A stretch of DNA of 64,000 nt from Ignavibacteriota bacterium (lineage in GTDB: Bacteria; Bacteroidota; Ignavibacteria; Palsa-1295), in assembly GCA_963787835.1 (NCBI GenBank), contig CAWBEI010000002.1, forward strand, positions 1,824,001 to 1,888,000, written 5' to 3'. The position numbers and the translations under genes are program-made. The notes under the pieces are model-generated. The model worked only from the letters and a program-made list of their open reading frames with translations, made no database searches and was not told the origin of the DNA. Position 1 is the first letter of the stretch. Every line of letters begins with the position of its first letter. Positions 61,663 through 64,000 of the stretch are shown here, piece after piece.

Positions 61663-62930
61663 TGCGCGACGCCACCCAGCCGCTCACCGTGATCGCCGAG
61701 CTCGACCGCGATCGCGCGCGCGCGTTGCCCGCGATCCTGCAGACGATCGACGCCGAGCTCGATCAGCGCGACGATCTTCCCGATACGCACTTCACGCGGC
61801 TCGTCATCATCGACGACGCGCGCGCCGAGCTCGCGCCGCTGCTCGCGTGGGAGAGCAACTACGACGGCGCGATGGACGACTACCTCGTCGCGATGTTCGC
61901 GGCCGTCCCGCGCCTCGACGTCGCGTTCGCGTGCTGCGCCGACTATCCGGGTGCCGCCGATCGCGACGCGTGGCTGCGCTGGTTTCGCGCGCGCCAGCTG
62001 GTGTCGTCGTTCTACACCGGCTATCGCGGCGTCCCGCGGCGTCAGGTCGTCAACGATGCCGCGCTGCACGACGCGTTGCGCGAGGCGGTCGATCGCGAGC
62101 GCCCGACGCTCGGCGGCAAGACGCCGGCGCAGGTCAAGGCGCAGATCGTCGCGTCGGCGCGCGCCGCACATCCCGAGCTCGACGTCACGCCGCCGCCGTC
62201 CGACGAGCCGCGCTGGCGTGCGCTGCGCTGGCTCGCGCTCGCGGGCGTGATCGCGGTGCTGCCGATCCTGCTCGTGCTCGTCGGCCCGTGGTACCTGCTG
62301 CTGCGCCGGCACGAGAACGCGGACGTCCCCGATGTCGATCCACGCCCGGTCTACGACGACAAGGATCACCACGCCGAAGAAGACGAGGACGGCGTCGCGC
62401 AGAACGAGCTCACCCACCTGGTCGACATCAAGCCGGGATGGTTTCGCCTGTTCACCGCGTACCTCGTGCTCACCGCGATCGATCTCCTCGCCGCGGTCGA
62501 GTTCGTCTACGGCAACCTCGGCGGCATCACCGACATCCACTTCGCGCGCTGGGTGATCCTGCTCGATCGCCGCGATGGCATTCCGTCCGCGCGCCGCCGC
62601 CATCGCCTGCTGTTCTTCTCGAACTACGACGGCAGCTGGGAGAGCTACCTCGGCGAGTTCGTCGATCGCGCGTCGAGCGGCCTGACCGCGGTGTGGTCGA
62701 ACACCGACGGCTTCCCGCGCACGAAGAACCTGACCGGCGAAGGCTCGCGCGACGAGGAGGCGTTCAAGAGCTGGGCGCGCAAGCACCAGGTCCATACCGA
62801 GGTGTGGTGGACCGGCGTGCCGACGCAGACCGTGCAGAACGTGCGCGACAACGCCACGCTACGCCTCGGCTGCGCCCCGACCGCGCCGACCGATGACGAC
62901 TCGGCAAAAAGCTGGCTGGAGATCCTGTGA
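61662..62930 (+). CDS. Dyp-associated hypothetical membrane protein with internal duplication
   Basis: HFTRLVI...WESNYDG...YL and HFARWVI...FSNYDGSWESYL flank a TM segment; translationally coupled on both sides. Confidence 0.7.
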   Translation: MRDATQPLTVIAELDRDRARALPAILQTIDAELDQRDDLPDTHFTRLVIIDDARAELAPLLAWESNYDGAMDDYLVAMFAAVPRLDVAFACCADYPGAADRDAWLRWFRARQLVSSFYTGYRGVPRRQVVNDAALHDALREAVDRERPTLGGKTPAQVKAQIVASARAAHPELDVTPPPSDEPRWRALRWLALAGVIAVLPILLVLVGPWYLLLRRHENADVPDVDPRPVYDDKDHHAEEDEDGVAQNELTHLVDIKPGWFRLFTAYLVLTAIDLLAAVEFVYGNLGGITDIHFARWVILLDRRDGIPSARRRHRLLFFSNYDGSWESYLGEFVDRASSGLTAVWSNTDGFPRTKNLTGEGSRDEEAFKSWARKHQVHTEVWWTGVPTQTVQNVRDNATLRLGCAPTAPTDDDSAKSWLEIL

Positions 62931-64000
62931 CCCACGCGCACACGCCGCATCCGAGCCCCGACGATCTCGCCGACATCCAGGGCCTCGTCTACAACGGCTG
63001 GAACGATCACGGCTACGCCGCGTTCGTGCTCGGTCGCTTCGGCGCCGACGCCGCGAGGTCGCGCGCGTGGCTCGCCGCGATGGCGTCGCAGATCACGACC
63101 GCCGCGAAGCACCAGCGCCCGCACCACGGCCGCGTCCAGCTCGCGCTCGCGCCGTGCGGGCTCGAAGCGCTCGGCGTGCCGGACGAGGTGATCGGTGGCT
63201 TCGCGCAAGAGGCGACGCAGGGCATGCACGAGCGCGCGCGCATCCTCGGCGACGATCCGCAGGATCAGTGGCAGCTCGGCGCCGCCGGCGATCGGATCGA
63301 CGTGCTCGTCATGATCTACGCGCGCAGCGAGCACGCGCGCGCCGAGATGGTCGCGGCTCAACGCGCCGCGCTCGTCGCCGCCGGTGCCGTGTTGCGCGAC
63401 GACGAGATCGGCTATCCGCTCGGCCTGCGCGAGCACTTCGGCTTCGCCGATGGGCTGTCGCAGCCGTTCCTGCCCGGCACGCGCGAGCCGCGGCACAAGG
63501 GCGAGACCACGCTGCCCGTCGGCGAGATCCTGCTCGGCTATCCCAACGCGTACGGCGCGATCCCGCACAGCCCGACCTGGGACGACTTCGATCTCGGGCG
63601 CAACGGCAGCTACCTCGTGTTCCGCAAGCTCGAGCAGCACGTCGACACGCTGTGGAGCTACCTCGCGCGCGAGGCGGGCAAGCTCGAGCACGATCCGGCC
63701 AAGCGCGACGCGATGACCGACTATCTCGGCGCCAAGCTGATGGGGCGCTGGCGCAGCGGCGCCTCGCTCGTGCAATCGCCGATGCACGACGATCCGTCGT
63801 TCGCCGATCCCGACCGCGTCAACAACTTCGAGTATCTCCCCGAGGACGCGGACGGCGAGCGCTGCCCGATCTCGTCGCACGTGCGGCGCGCCAACCCGCG
63901 CGACGCGCGCGGCGGCGACGCGGGCGAGTCGCGCAAGGTGGTCAACCGCCATCGCATCGTGCGGCGCGGTCGCTCGTACGGCTCGCCGCTCGCGATCGAG
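62927..64000 (+). CDS. Dyp-type heme peroxidase (runs off the window)
   Basis: Manual translation from GTG 62927: DIQGL, EHFGFADGLSQP (GxxDG), GSYLVFRKLEQ, KLMGRW, SHVRRANPR, RIVRRG. Confidence 0.9.
   Translation, partial: MTHAHTPHPSPDDLADIQGLVYNGWNDHGYAAFVLGRFGADAARSRAWLAAMASQITTAAKHQRPHHGRVQLALAPCGLEALGVPDEVIGGFAQEATQGMHERARILGDDPQDQWQLGAAGDRIDVLVMIYARSEHARAEMVAAQRAALVAAGAVLRDDEIGYPLGLREHFGFADGLSQPFLPGTREPRHKGETTLPVGEILLGYPNAYGAIPHSPTWDDFDLGRNGSYLVFRKLEQHVDTLWSYLAREAGKLEHDPAKRDAMTDYLGAKLMGRWRSGASLVQSPMHDDPSFADPDRVNNFEYLPEDADGERCPISSHVRRANPRDARGGDAGESRKVVNRHRIVRRGRSYGSPLAIE

Noticed and set aside
22727-63952. Very long antisense or alternate-frame ORFs (for example 57091-61581, 53997-57128, 40919-43834, 59133-61661)
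   Set aside because: Arg/Ala-rich shadows of GC-biased codon usage overlapping well-supported genes; no motifs.
22632-64000. 41-kb horizontally acquired island or prophage
   Set aside because: No integrase, att site or phage genes; content is ordinary chromosomal material of another phylum and the boundary cuts genes on both sides.

Overview
The window is two unrelated genomic segments joined abruptly at about 22,631, most likely a read or assembly chimera. LEFT (1 to ~22.6 kb, GC moderate by eye, AT-rich leaders, a T9SS C-terminal sorting domain) looks like a Bacteroidota/Chlorobiota-group organism. It carries housekeeping genes (gnd, zwf, pgl, dnaE, trxA, msrB, apt, hldD, a deoxyhypusine-synthase-like gene, a GH57 branching enzyme), a ParE-type toxin-antitoxin pair, lipoproteins and several REP-like palindromes. 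RIGHT (~22.6 to 64 kb, very GC-rich) looks like Myxococcota. It carries: a reductive pyrimidine catabolism set with a plant-PYD1-like dehydrogenase; three tandem pseudokinase genes, each behind the same sigma54-type motif at identical spacing; a Wsp-like chemosensory operon whose only output is a multi-receiver adenylate cyclase, with a CheR-STAS fusion; an IS110 element whose bridge-RNA guides can be matched to its own junctions; and a kinase-ATPase gene coupled to a Dyp peroxidase locus. Many genes, including essential dnaE, have single-base frameshifts that are best read as sequencing errors. I saw no rRNA, tRNA or CRISPR array. All family assignments come from motif recognition, not database searches.
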